This document shows, piece by piece, positions 1-9,088 of a DNA stretch of 64,000 bases (position 1 is its first letter; every line of letters begins with the position of its first letter). This DNA is from an uncultured Gemmatimonadales bacterium (GTDB taxonomy: Bacteria; Gemmatimonadota; Gemmatimonadetes; Gemmatimonadales; GWC2-71-9): assembly GCA_963821525.1 (NCBI GenBank), contig CAWGED010000012.1:128001-192000 (forward strand). Reading direction: 5' to 3'. A program made the translations under genes and the position numbers. A model generated the notes under the pieces. It saw only the letters and a list, made by a program, of their open reading frames with translations. It had not been told where the DNA came from and ran no database searches.

Positions 1-12
1 CAGCGCGCCGAC

Positions 13-324
13 TTGCTCCAGGGCACTCTGGACCTGCTCATCCTCAAGACGCTCGTGCTGGGACCGCTCCATGGCTGGGGCATCTCCAAGCGGCTGCGCC
101 AGCTGTCGGACGAGGTATTTGAAGTCGGACAAGGCAGCCTCTACCCCGCCCTCTACCGGCTCGAAGACCAGGGCTGGATCACAGCCGAATGGGGCACCAG
201 CCCGGATGGTCGTCGCGCCAAATTCTATACGTTGACGGCCGCCGGAAAAAAGCAGTTTGCCGCTGAGCGCTCTCAGTGGCGGCTCTTCTCCGGAGCAGTG
301 GAGCAGGTCCTCAAGGCAACCTGA
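13..324 (+). CDS. PadR-family transcriptional regulator (acidobacterial type paired with ADOP permeases); true start may be upstream of the window
   Basis: [13 protein letters not shown]...HGWGI...[11 protein letters not shown]...W...RRAKFYTLT winged-helix signature; stop 2 nt before the permease ATG. Confidence 0.92.
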   Translation: MLQGTLDLLILKTLVLGPLHGWGISKRLRQLSDEVFEVGQGSLYPALYRLEDQGWITAEWGTSPDGRRAKFYTLTAAGKKQFAAERSQWRLFSGAVEQVLKAT

Positions 325-326
325 CG

Positions 327-2975
327 ATGGCGCTCTCCTGGTGGTCACGGCTGTCGCGTCGCTTCACCGCCCTTCGCAAAGGCGAGCGGCTCGACCACGA
401 GCTGGACGCCGAGATCCGCTTGCACCTCGACTTGGAGGCGGAAGAGCTGGCCCGCACCCGGGGCCTCGACCCGGGAGAGGCGAGGCGCCAGGCACTGGTC
501 GCCTTCGGGGGAGTCGACAGATATAAGGAAGCACATCGGGACGCGCGGGGAGTCCGCTGGGCGAGTGACCTGGGACAGGACCTCCACTATGCCGCCCGCA
601 GCCTCCGGCGCAGTCCCGGTTTCTCGCTCTCCGCGATTCTCGTCCTCGCCCTGGGCATCGGAGCATGCACCGCGGTCTTCAGCGCGGTCAATACGGTTCT
701 CCTCGATCCGAACTACGACAATCTGGTGCGGGTCTACCAGCAGAACTCACCCACCAATCTCTGGACCCTCTCGACCGTCGACTACCGCGCGATTGAAGCG
801 CAGCAGAAGAGCTTCTCTGCCGTCGGGGTTCTCCAGTCTCGTAGCGTGGCAGTCTCCGCCGGCGCGGATCCGACCAGAGCGCAGTCCGGCTGGGCCAGCG
901 CCGGATTCTTCCGCGCCCTCGGTATCGAGCCGCTCCGCGGCCGGGGAATCGAGCCTGCGGACGAGGTGGTCGGCGCGCCGCCGGTCGTGGTGATCGGCTA
1001 CCGGTTCGCGGTCCACAACTTCGGCGATGTTCGAGCCGCCGTCGGGCGCACCATCACCATTGATGGCGTCGCGTTCACGGTCATCGGGGTTCTCCCGCCC
1101 TCGGTTACCGATCTGGCCGGCCGCAGGGCGGAGATCTGGCCCGCGCTGCAACTGCGTCCTCCGGAGCGGCGAGGCCCCTTCGGACTGCTGGTCATCGGCC
1201 GGCTCACGCCGAACGCGACTCTCGAGTCGGCCCGTCAGGATCTGGCCGGAATCAGCGAGCGCATCTTCCCCGAGTGGGCGGCCAGCTTCCAGGACAAGAC
1301 GGCGCGTCTTACTCCTTACCCACTGCGGACGGCGGTGCTGGGGAATTCGAAACAGATGCTCACCATCTTCTCCGCCGCAGTCGGTCTGGTGTTGCTCATT
1401 GCCATCGCCAATGTCGCGAGCCTCATGCTGGTCCGGGTAACGGGCCGGGGACAGGAGATCGCTCTGCGCACGGTGCTGGGCGCAACCCGCAGTCGGCTGC
1501 TCCGGCTCCTGGTCACCGAGAGTGTCACCCTCGCGGCCGCCGGCGCCTTGCTCGGGATTCTCCTCGGCGCGCTGGCCCTCCAGGCGCTGGTCGCGTTCGG
1601 ACCTGCTCTCCCCCGTCTCAGCGAGGCTCGGCTCGATGGTCGAGCGGTGGCATTTGCGGCGGGGTTGGCGCTCTTCGCCGGGCTCATCATCGGCGCCTAC
1701 CCAACCCTCTCACTGATGCGGGGCAATCCCGCTCCCGGATTGCGAGAGGGAGAACGAACCATTGGCGGTACCCGGCGCTCGCAGGCGATTCGCGGAGCAT
1801 TCGTCGTGGCGGAGATCGCGCTCTCGCTCCCGCTCCTCGCCATCGCGGGACTTCTGCTCAACAGCTTCCTGCGGCTTTCCCGAGTGGATCCGGGATTCGA
1901 TCCAAGGCAGATCCTGACGCTGCGGGTTCAGCTTCCCTCGTCGCGCTACGCCAATGACACCACCATTTCGGGATATTGGGCCCACGCGATTCCTCTAGTG
2001 AAACAAGTGGCGGGAGTCGTGGATGCGGGACTCGGGTCATCCATCCCACCCGATGACCAGGGCTGGAGCAACAACAATTTCGATCTGGTGGACCGGCCAG
2101 TTCCCTCAGGCACTGCCCAACCTACCTCGGCCTGGCCGAGTGTGACCTCGGAATACTTTGCTGCGCTGGGAGTCCCGCTGCTCGAGGGTCGACTCTTCAC
2201 TCCGGGCGACACCGCATCGGGAGACAGCGTCTCGGTCCCTCCCGTAGTGGTGGTGAGCCGGACCTGGGCCAGGCGTTATTTCCCGGACGGAACCGCGGTT
2301 GGCCGGCGCCTCATTTCAGGCGGTTGCACGAGCTGTCCATTCACGACGGTGGTCGGAATCGTGGGAGACATCAAATACGAGGGACTGAGCGGCAGAGCCG
2401 ATGCAGTCTACGGCCCCGCCACGGAGGGCTGGGGGCAGGACATGACTCTCTTCGTACGCACCGCGGGCTCTCCCGCCGAGGTACTCGATCGAGTCCGCAC
2501 AGCGCTCCGGTCGGTGGACCCCGATGTCCCGCTCGACGACGCCGCGCCGATGGAAGACCGGGTGTACCGGTCGGTGGCTCAGCCGAGGAATTGGATGGTG
2601 TTGTTGAGCGGATTCGCCACGACCGCACTGCTTCTGGCCGGCGTGGGCATCTTCGGCATGCTCTCGTATACGGTGCGCGCTCGACGCAGAGAAATTGGCG
2701 TGCGGATGGCGCTCGGCGCTCGTCAGCCTGCCGTGGTGGGTATGATCGTGCGGCGCGGCATGCGGCACGCACTGCTCGGTACGGCACTCGGCTTGGCTGC
2801 CGCGCTCGCCGGAACTCGCGCACTCCACAGCACGCTGTTCGACCTCAGTACTACCGATCCGCTGACCCTCGCCGCCGTGACGCTCCTGCTCCTCGGCGTC
2901 GCACTCATCGCCTGCTGGCTACCGGCCCGCCAGGCGGCGGCGATTGATCCGGTTGAGGTGATTCGACTCGAGTAG
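327..2975 (+). CDS. ADOP-family duplicated ABC-type permease (MacB/FtsX-like halves)
   Basis: N-terminal [10 protein letters not shown]...[26 protein letters not shown], two FtsX halves ([21 protein letters not shown]), C-terminal [14 protein letters not shown]; start moved to ATG 327. Confidence 0.93.
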   Translation: MALSWWSRLSRRFTALRKGERLDHELDAEIRLHLDLEAEELARTRGLDPGEARRQALVAFGGVDRYKEAHRDARGVRWASDLGQDLHYAARSLRRSPGFSLSAILVLALGIGACTAVFSAVNTVLLDPNYDNLVRVYQQNSPTNLWTLSTVDYRAIEAQQKSFSAVGVLQSRSVAVSAGADPTRAQSGWASAGFFRALGIEPLRGRGIEPADEVVGAPPVVVIGYRFAVHNFGDVRAAVGRTITIDGVAFTVIGVLPPSVTDLAGRRAEIWPALQLRPPERRGPFGLLVIGRLTPNATLESARQDLAGISERIFPEWAASFQDKTARLTPYPLRTAVLGNSKQMLTIFSAAVGLVLLIAIANVASLMLVRVTGRGQEIALRTVLGATRSRLLRLLVTESVTLAAAGALLGILLGALALQALVAFGPALPRLSEARLDGRAVAFAAGLALFAGLIIGAYPTLSLMRGNPAPGLREGERTIGGTRRSQAIRGAFVVAEIALSLPLLAIAGLLLNSFLRLSRVDPGFDPRQILTLRVQLPSSRYANDTTISGYWAHAIPLVKQVAGVVDAGLGSSIPPDDQGWSNNNFDLVDRPVPSGTAQPTSAWPSVTSEYFAALGVPLLEGRLFTPGDTASGDSVSVPPVVVVSRTWARRYFPDGTAVGRRLISGGCTSCPFTTVVGIVGDIKYEGLSGRADAVYGPATEGWGQDMTLFVRTAGSPAEVLDRVRTALRSVDPDVPLDDAAPMEDRVYRSVAQPRNWMVLLSGFATTALLLAGVGIFGMLSYTVRARRREIGVRMALGARQPAVVGMIVRRGMRHALLGTALGLAAALAGTRALHSTLFDLSTTDPLTLAAVTLLLLGVALIACWLPARQAAAIDPVEVIRLE

Positions 2976-3075
2976 CCGTCAGGCATCAGCCATCAGCCGT
3001 CAGACCCGAGGCGACAGTCTACGCCGATTGTTGAGTGTTGATGACTGACCGCTGACGGCTATCGGCTGACGGCTG
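2974..3075. repeat. Inverted pair of heptamer tandem tracts at a convergent gene junction
   Basis: AGCCGTC AGGCATC AGCCATC AGCCGTC (2974-3001) facing CTGACCG CTGACGG CTATCGG CTGACGG (3045-3072). Confidence 0.8.
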
Positions 3076-4020
3076 CAGTTCCAGCTCCCAAACCTGCCCC
3101 ACCAACCCCTCCCCGAAAAGCTGATGCGGTTCCTGGTGGACCAGCTGGTAGCCCGCTTCCTCATACAGGTGTCGAGCGGCGTGAAGTACGTCGTTGGTCC
3201 ATAGAGTGATGCGGTGATAACCAGCCTGGGTGGCGAAGCGAGTGCATTCGGCCACCAGCCTGCGCCCAATGCCACGGCCGCGCGCGGAAGGTTCCACCAG
3301 CAGCAGGCGCAGCTTGGCGGTGTCTGATCGTTCCGGGTGCTTCACCAGGAAGACCGATCCCAGAAGCTCTCCATGATCGCCCTCGGCAATCCAGCAGCGT
3401 TCTCTGGCAGGGTCGAACTGCTCGACGAAGTCGGCCACGATTCGTGAGACCAGCGCCTCGAACCGCCAATCCCATCCGTATTCCTGCGCGTACAGCGCGC
3501 CGTGCCGCTGCACCACCCATCCCATGTCGCCGGCCCGAGGCTCGCGCAGCATGATGATTCCGGGCTTCGGGGAAGATTGCTCCGAGGCCGGATCGAGTTG
3601 CCGCTGAACCGTCTCCAACGCTTCGACCAGCTTCGCCTGACTGGGTGCTGAAAGATCTCGCAGCCAGGTCTCCACCTGGCGATCCGCCTCCGCGTCGAGC
3701 GAGGCAAAGGCGCGCCGGCCCTTCGGGGTGAGACGAAGGGAGCGCTGGCGGCGATCCGTGGGCGAGGAAAGGCGAGCGATGAGACCGCGGCGTTCGAGAC
3801 CCCGAAGCATACGGCTCAGATACCCGGCATCGATCTCGAGTGCCCTGCCCAGCTCGGTAGCTGTCGAGGCTTCGCAATTGGCCAGCTCGTAGAGCAGGCG
3901 TACCTCGGCAAGAGAGAAGGGACTGTCGAGCAGTCCCTGGTTCAGGACTCCGATCCGGCGAGTGTAGAACCGATTGAACCGGCGGATGGCGTCGACGCGG
4001 GGATTAGGGGCTGCGGACAT
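3019..4020 (-). CDS. Bifunctional MarR-type HTH regulator / GNAT N-acetyltransferase
   Basis: IRRFNRFYTRRIGVL, DAGYLSRML, DRRQRSLRLT, then GNAT with LLVEPSARGRGIGRRLV and LWTNDVLHAARHLY. Confidence 0.93.
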   Translation of the reverse strand: MSAAPNPRVDAIRRFNRFYTRRIGVLNQGLLDSPFSLAEVRLLYELANCEASTATELGRALEIDAGYLSRMLRGLERRGLIARLSSPTDRRQRSLRLTPKGRRAFASLDAEADRQVETWLRDLSAPSQAKLVEALETVQRQLDPASEQSSPKPGIIMLREPRAGDMGWVVQRHGALYAQEYGWDWRFEALVSRIVADFVEQFDPARERCWIAEGDHGELLGSVFLVKHPERSDTAKLRLLLVEPSARGRGIGRRLVAECTRFATQAGYHRITLWTNDVLHAARHLYEEAGYQLVHQEPHQLFGEGLVGQVWELELQPSADSRQRSVINTQQSA

Positions 4021-4051
4021 GGGGCCTCGACCACGTGGCTGATCAGGCCAA

Positions 4052-4081
4052 TGTCAAGCAATTACTTGCTTCTGTCAAGTA
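4052..4081. promoter_or_regulatory. Probable operator/promoter of the MarR-GNAT gene
   Basis: Palindrome TACTTG-N7-CAAGTA (4063-4081); TGTCAAG twice, 21 bp apart (TTGACA on the minus strand), 30-60 nt upstream of the start. Confidence 0.55.
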
Positions 4082-4193
4082 TATGCCCGGAGCACCCACT
4101 CGGGGGGCGGGCCCCCTCACCCGTCCTGGTGCGGCGAGAAACGCTGCCTGACGGAGTATGGCCTGCCGGGTCTGAGAACGATTAAGCTTAAAG

Positions 4194-4598
4194 GTGGCCG
4201 ATTCCACTCGTCTTCCGGCCCCCGCGTTCGCTCTGACCCCGCGCGAGGAGCCGGCTGCAACGCCGAATGTGCGCCCGGGCCGCCCGCACCTCGTAGTGGT
4301 CGTCACCCGCGAGGTAGGCCGGAAGGACAAGGCGCCGGCCAACGCTCTGCTCATGACCCGCTTCTGGCACCCGCGGGATCATCGCTGGAGCGAGAACTTC
4401 TTCGAGTCGTTGGAGCACGCGGTGCGGTTGTTCGTGGATGAGAGCGGATGGGTTCTGCGCCAGCAACAGGCGCTGGATGGCACGCATGCCTATGAGCTCG
4501 TCTTCGAAGCGCGCCGGGAGGACTTCACCGGCCCCAGCACCAAGCAGATCCTCGAGGAAGTGGGTCTGGATCCCTCAGAGGTGGAACGAAAACTCTAG
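4194..4598 (+). CDS. Hypothetical protein
   Basis: 134-aa ORF with globular-looking composition, divergent from MarR-GNAT; no family recognised. Confidence 0.7.
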   Translation: MADSTRLPAPAFALTPREEPAATPNVRPGRPHLVVVVTREVGRKDKAPANALLMTRFWHPRDHRWSENFFESLEHAVRLFVDESGWVLRQQQALDGTHAYELVFEARREDFTGPSTKQILEEVGLDPSEVERKL

Positions 4599-4631
4599 CC
4601 CCTCCCTCGAACACAGCTACCTCAACGACTC

Positions 4632-5003
4632 ATGTCCCGAACGCTGCTCTGGCGTCTCGTCGCGCTCGCGCTTCCGCTCCTGACCGGCCTGCTCGGTGCC
4701 TTCAACGGCCCCGAGGCGTTCCGGGACGCGACGACGGCCGGCCAGCGGGTCGCCGCAGGGACTCAAACAGCATACGGAATCCTTGGCCTCACCAGTACGA
4801 TCGGCCTCGCCCAGGGTCGCGCGTGGGCTCGGATATCGCTTATCGCATGGGCAATTCTGCTCTGCATTACCGGAGGCATGGCACCGGTGGTCTGGGGTGG
4901 CACGGGAGTGAGCACGGGGCTGCTGGCACTCCTCGCTACCGCGACAATCGCCGCCGCTGCGGTCTGGCTCGGGTGGCGGGCTTTAGAGGTGCGAAATGAT
5001 TAA
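4632..5003 (+). CDS. Hypothetical membrane protein (about 4 TM)
   Basis: Four hydrophobic segments; overlaps next gene by 8 nt. Confidence 0.7.
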   Translation: MSRTLLWRLVALALPLLTGLLGAFNGPEAFRDATTAGQRVAAGTQTAYGILGLTSTIGLAQGRAWARISLIAWAILLCITGGMAPVVWGGTGVSTGLLALLATATIAAAAVWLGWRALEVRND

Positions 5004-5361
5004 TCCACCGATCATCGTGGATGCTCGCGGAGGCATACTCATCTTCCGCAATCCGGCGGAAGTCCACCGGGAGCTGGATCCGGCGCGGGTCCGCAATGGC
5101 GACTATCCGGCCGCCTACGACTGGAACGGCCGTCTGTTGCGCATTCAGGTCCGGCTCGAGGAACATTCGTTCTTTGGGATGTTCAAGCGGATCACGGAAC
5201 ACATCGAGATTTTCGAGACCGAGCACATCCCCACCCACGAAATCGCCTTGCGGGAGCTGGTGTCCCGGTTCATTCATCCCGGGCCTGCCGCCCAGCCGGA
5301 CGGAACAGTCGAACCGCTGGCCGGCCTCATTCGAATCAAGGCCATCGCGGGAACCCGCTGA
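4996..5361 (+). CDS. Hypothetical protein
   Basis: GAGG RBS before ATG, coupled to upstream gene; no family recognised. Confidence 0.65.
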   Translation: MINPPIIVDARGGILIFRNPAEVHRELDPARVRNGDYPAAYDWNGRLLRIQVRLEEHSFFGMFKRITEHIEIFETEHIPTHEIALRELVSRFIHPGPAAQPDGTVEPLAGLIRIKAIAGTR

Positions 5362-5390
5362 ACGGCCACCAAGGATGGAGCCTGGCTGCC

Positions 5391-6728
5391 ATGCCCCGGG
5401 GTCTACTGCTGTTCGGCGGATTCCTCGCGATGCTGGCCGGGCACCAGCCGCAGGCGATCATCGAAGGCCGGATCCTGGACGCCGCTGGGGGCCCGCTGGC
5501 CGATGCCGGCGTTGTCCTGATCCGCCCACCCATCCTCACCCTCGCCCAGTCCACCACGTCCGCGGACGGAACCTTCCGCCTGGAAGTCTCCGACACCGGC
5601 GCCGCGCAACTCCAGTTCTTCGCTCCAGGGAAAGGCTATTTCTATCTCCCGATTCTGGTTGACCCTGCCCTGCACGCGACGCTCGAAGTCCGCCTCGCCG
5701 CGCAGGACGACAGCGTCGCATCGCAGGCAACGGCGCTTCGCCCCTCATCGGCGTCGGCCCGGCTCCTGGCTGTGATGGCGGACGCGGTCTCGGAACAGAG
5801 TCGATACCAGTTCTGGTCCCGCCGCGGCACTGATTCGGCCGGATACGACTGGAGACCGGCAGTTGCCAAGGCGACGAAACAACTCGGCCAGGAACGCTCG
5901 GCTCTGGTCCGTCAGGCCCTCTACCTCGAGCTGCTGCGCTTCAGGCGGCTGGGCGCTCCACTGTCCGAATCGCTGCGATCGCGTGCGCTTCGCGAAGTGC
6001 CCCCCACGGCAAGAGTCTGGGCGCTGGAACCCAACATGGCGGCGCTGGCCGGTGAGCCGTGCCGCCCCGACAAACCGATCGCTCCCTGTCTGAACTACTT
6101 CAGCGATGCGGCCACCTCCCATCCCGACACTCTGGTCCAGCAGTGGATGCTGGTGGAAGCCGTGAACCTCTCGATGGTCACGGGAGACTCGGCCCAGGCC
6201 GAGGACTTCCTGCAACGGCTGGAGCAGGAACACCCAGAATCTCCGCTGCTTGGCTTCGCCCGCGGCATCCTTGAGCCCAGACCCACCGCCAGCGTTGGAG
6301 GGCCACTTCCGGACCTGAGAGTCTCGGCTCTGGAAGACTCATCGGTGGTTTTCGACAACGAGTCGCTGCTGGGAAAGACGGTGTTGATCGATGTCTGGGC
6401 GACCTGGTGCGACAGCTGCGTGGCCGAGCTCCCAGGATTGCTGCAGGCCTATCGCGACTATCACGACAGGGGACTCGAGGTCCTGGGAGTGTCCTTCGAC
6501 GATGACCGGCAGTTGGCCCGCGATTTCAGGCGGCAGCTCAAGATGCCATGGCTCGAGGCGTTCGCCGAAGGCAACTTCGAGTCGTCGGTCGCGAAGACCC
6601 TGGGGATTACGACATTGCCGCGCCGGTTCCTCGTGGACAGCGCAGGAATCATCGTCGCGGCGGATTCAGCGCTCTTTGGCCGGAACCTGATGCCGACTTT
6701 GGAGAAGATCCTCAGTCAAACGAGGTAG
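5391..6728 (+). CDS. Exported TlpA-like thiol:disulfide oxidoreductase with N-terminal carboxypeptidase-regulatory-like domain
   Basis: Signal peptide, IEGRILDAAGGPLADA beta-sandwich start, C-terminal GKTVLIDVWATWCDSCVAELP thioredoxin motif. Confidence 0.85.
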   Translation: MPRGLLLFGGFLAMLAGHQPQAIIEGRILDAAGGPLADAGVVLIRPPILTLAQSTTSADGTFRLEVSDTGAAQLQFFAPGKGYFYLPILVDPALHATLEVRLAAQDDSVASQATALRPSSASARLLAVMADAVSEQSRYQFWSRRGTDSAGYDWRPAVAKATKQLGQERSALVRQALYLELLRFRRLGAPLSESLRSRALREVPPTARVWALEPNMAALAGEPCRPDKPIAPCLNYFSDAATSHPDTLVQQWMLVEAVNLSMVTGDSAQAEDFLQRLEQEHPESPLLGFARGILEPRPTASVGGPLPDLRVSALEDSSVVFDNESLLGKTVLIDVWATWCDSCVAELPGLLQAYRDYHDRGLEVLGVSFDDDRQLARDFRRQLKMPWLEAFAEGNFESSVAKTLGITTLPRRFLVDSAGIIVAADSALFGRNLMPTLEKILSQTR

Positions 6729-6747
6729 GATACCTCTACCAAAACTC

Positions 6748-6918
6748 ACCGCGGAGCACGCGGAAACAAGCGGAAGAACGCGGAAGGGATTCATAAGTAT
6801 TCAGGAGAAGCCGCCACGCCGAAAAAGCTTACCCGGTATTGTTTGTAGCTTGATCCGTCTCCTGAATACCCATAAACCACTTCCGCGTGCATCCGCTTGT
6901 TTCCGCGTGCTCCGCGGT
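6748..6918. repeat. 61-bp imperfect inverted repeat with 49-bp spacer (MITE/REPIN-like element or bidirectional terminator)
   Basis: Arm 6748-6808 ACCGCGGAGCACGCGGAAACAAGCGGA...GTATTCAGGAGA matches the reverse complement of 6858-6918; lies between convergent genes. Confidence 0.85.
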
Positions 6919-6944
6919 ATGCAGTTTTCTAACTCGTCTCAGTT

Positions 6945-7379
6945 TCAGCTTCCTTCACTCGAACCATGCCCTGCACTTCCCTCGAAGATCCCAGGCCCGC
7001 CCAACAGCCGGTACATCGCATAAAGCCCCGTGATCGCGAGCCCACCAGCCAGGGCCGTCTGGCTGACCGAAAACTTCCGCTGTTCCAGCCGGCCCAGCGC
7101 ATTCACCGGAATCGCCACCTGTTCACGCTGCCAGTCGGACTCGATTCCGCGGTTATTCGCGGTGGTAAGTATCGCGAGGCGGAGGGCGATCGAATCCGAC
7201 GGCAGTACTTCTCCCTGTACCTGGGTCACCCCGGGACCGAGCTGAGAAGTCATCTCGATGCTGCCCTGATCGGTGAGCTCAGCCGAAACCCGGGAACCAG
7301 TCTCGGGCGGCGTCGATGGAAGTGGGCGGTAGGTGTAGCAACCCACGATCAGCGGGACTAGCATGATTTCGGTACGCAC
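6945..7379 (-). CDS. Hypothetical lipoprotein downstream of SusD
   Basis: GGAGG then GTG at 7379; lipobox-like IVGC-YTYRP; C-terminal hydrophobic helix. The longer ORF-track start runs through a repeat tract. Confidence 0.72.
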   Translation of the reverse strand: MRTEIMLVPLIVGCYTYRPLPSTPPETGSRVSAELTDQGSIEMTSQLGPGVTQVQGEVLPSDSIALRLAILTTANNRGIESDWQREQVAIPVNALGRLEQRKFSVSQTALAGGLAITGLYAMYRLLGGPGIFEGSAGHGSSEGS

Positions 7380-7397
7380 ACCGGCCTCCCGGAAGAA

Positions 7398-7485
7398 GGA
7401 GTAGGGAGTGGGTGGTAGGAGGTAGGGCTGCAACCCCACGGTCAGGACGTGGGCCCTACTCACTACTCCCTGCTCCCTACCACCT
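7398..7485. repeat. Inverted pair of heptamer tandem tracts
   Basis: GGAGTAG GGAGTGG GTGGTAG GAGGTAG facing CTACTCA CTACTCC CTGCTCC CTACCAC. Confidence 0.8.
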
Positions 7486-7517
7486 GGCACTCATTTACCA
7501 GATCTCGAATCCCACAC

Positions 7518-9080
7518 TCAGTTGGCCAACGGCGTCGAGGTCGAATAGTTCAGCACCGTGCACGCGTTGGGGTCGTTCGCATTGCGACCCACCGGATCAA
7601 CGTTTGGCGTGTTGGGATTCGCGTTGATTTCGGTTTGCCCATAGGGCAGCCGCCCTGGAATGGGCGTGGTCGCAGGTTGGTTGCTGCCAACCGGAGCCGC
7701 AAAGGCCAGAGATGGCAGGCAGGTACGTTTGTAGTCGTTCCATACTTCCATGTTCAGGAAGAGCGTCACGTACTTCTCCTCCATGATGTTCTGCAGCGTC
7801 GCGGGAACCGATCCGAGGGCCGGGAACGTCACCGTAGCTCCTCCGGTCGACCCGTAGACCCGGTTGGCCCGCACCGCATCGAGATATGGCTGAGCCGCCC
7901 CTTGTCCGCCGGCGTGAAATGCCGCCTCGGCGCCGATCAATTGGGTTTCGGCCCAGGTGATGATCGGGTGACGGAAGTCTCCCGGAGAAATGTTGGGATC
8001 GATGAACGTGAAGCCGGAGTAGTGTCCCAGCGCTGAACCGTTGCCGTCATAAACTCCGCCCGTGGTGACCAGTCCGGTTGAGCCCGCTGGGCGATACCCG
8101 AAGAAGTCGTTGGGAGCCCCGGGCGGGTCCGCCGGCGTGAAGTAGAAGTTGAGCCGGGCGTCGTCCTCCAGACCCTGCGCAATACGCCGCTTCAGGATCT
8201 CGATGAGTGCCGCCCCAGGGGCGATGTCGGTCCGGGTGGCCTGGAACTGCCACCACACGCTCTGCCCGGTGGGGGAGAGATCGTGGAACCAGAGCATGTC
8301 GTTATCCGGCGAGCTGATCCCCTGCGGAACCTCGGCAAGGGCCAGCGCATAGTTGGCCGGATCCACCTCCGCCAGGTGCATGTAGAAGCGGGCCTTGAGT
8401 GAATGCGCTACTTCCAGGTAGGTGGCTTGAAGGTCCGCGGCATCCCTTCCGCCGTAGATGATTTCGGCGGCGTCGGCAACCGGCCCGGCGTTAAGGCCGC
8501 CGAGCTGGACCGCCAGATACACGGTGATGGCCGAATCGAGCTCGGCCAGCACGTCCTGATACACCTGGAGCTGAGGGTCAAAGGCCGGGGTTTCGTTATT
8601 TGAATCGGCGGCCTCGCGATAGGGAACGTCCCCCCACAAGTCGGCCGCGGTCCCCATCACGAGGGCTTCGTAGACCTTCCCGATGCCGACGTAGATGGAG
8701 TCTCCCAGACGATGACCCAGCTGCTCCATCTTGCGGATGTCGAGCAAGCCACCACCACCGGTGATGGTTCGCGAGGTTCCGTACACTGCGCTGAAGTAGG
8801 TGTCGATGTCCGGTGGCGCGATGAAGCCGCGGTCGTACCCCACCTGCTGCCGGCCGTTGCCCGAGATCTGCTGCATGTACATCAGAGCACTCCGGGCCAG
8901 CTGACCTTCGAACTGCACCGACTGCAGCGCCTGGATCGAAGTGTAGAGCGGGCCAGGTTTGGACAATTCAGTCGTCCCGTTGGGATTCTGGTCGATGCCG
9001 GGTCCGGTGAGGAAGTTGTCGCACGCGGTAGACAGCATCGTCAGGGCCGCGCACATGACCAGTTTGCGAGAGCGTGTCAT
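7518..9080 (-). CDS. SusD/RagB-family nutrient-binding outer-membrane lipoprotein
   Basis: Lipobox STAC-D, DLWGDVPYREA, LKARFYMH, IMEEKYVTLF, EVWNDYKRT, IPGRLPY; directly after SusC; start set at ATG 9080. Confidence 0.93.
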   Translation of the reverse strand: MTRSRKLVMCAALTMLSTACDNFLTGPGIDQNPNGTTELSKPGPLYTSIQALQSVQFEGQLARSALMYMQQISGNGRQQVGYDRGFIAPPDIDTYFSAVYGTSRTITGGGGLLDIRKMEQLGHRLGDSIYVGIGKVYEALVMGTAADLWGDVPYREAADSNNETPAFDPQLQVYQDVLAELDSAITVYLAVQLGGLNAGPVADAAEIIYGGRDAADLQATYLEVAHSLKARFYMHLAEVDPANYALALAEVPQGISSPDNDMLWFHDLSPTGQSVWWQFQATRTDIAPGAALIEILKRRIAQGLEDDARLNFYFTPADPPGAPNDFFGYRPAGSTGLVTTGGVYDGNGSALGHYSGFTFIDPNISPGDFRHPIITWAETQLIGAEAAFHAGGQGAAQPYLDAVRANRVYGSTGGATVTFPALGSVPATLQNIMEEKYVTLFLNMEVWNDYKRTCLPSLAFAAPVGSNQPATTPIPGRLPYGQTEINANPNTPNVDPVGRNANDPNACTVLNYSTSTPLAN

Positions 9081-9088
9081 GGCCGGCC

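Noticed and set aside
13..2975. PadR plus ADOP permease as a novel system
   Set aside because: Already described pairing in Acidobacteria-like genomes.
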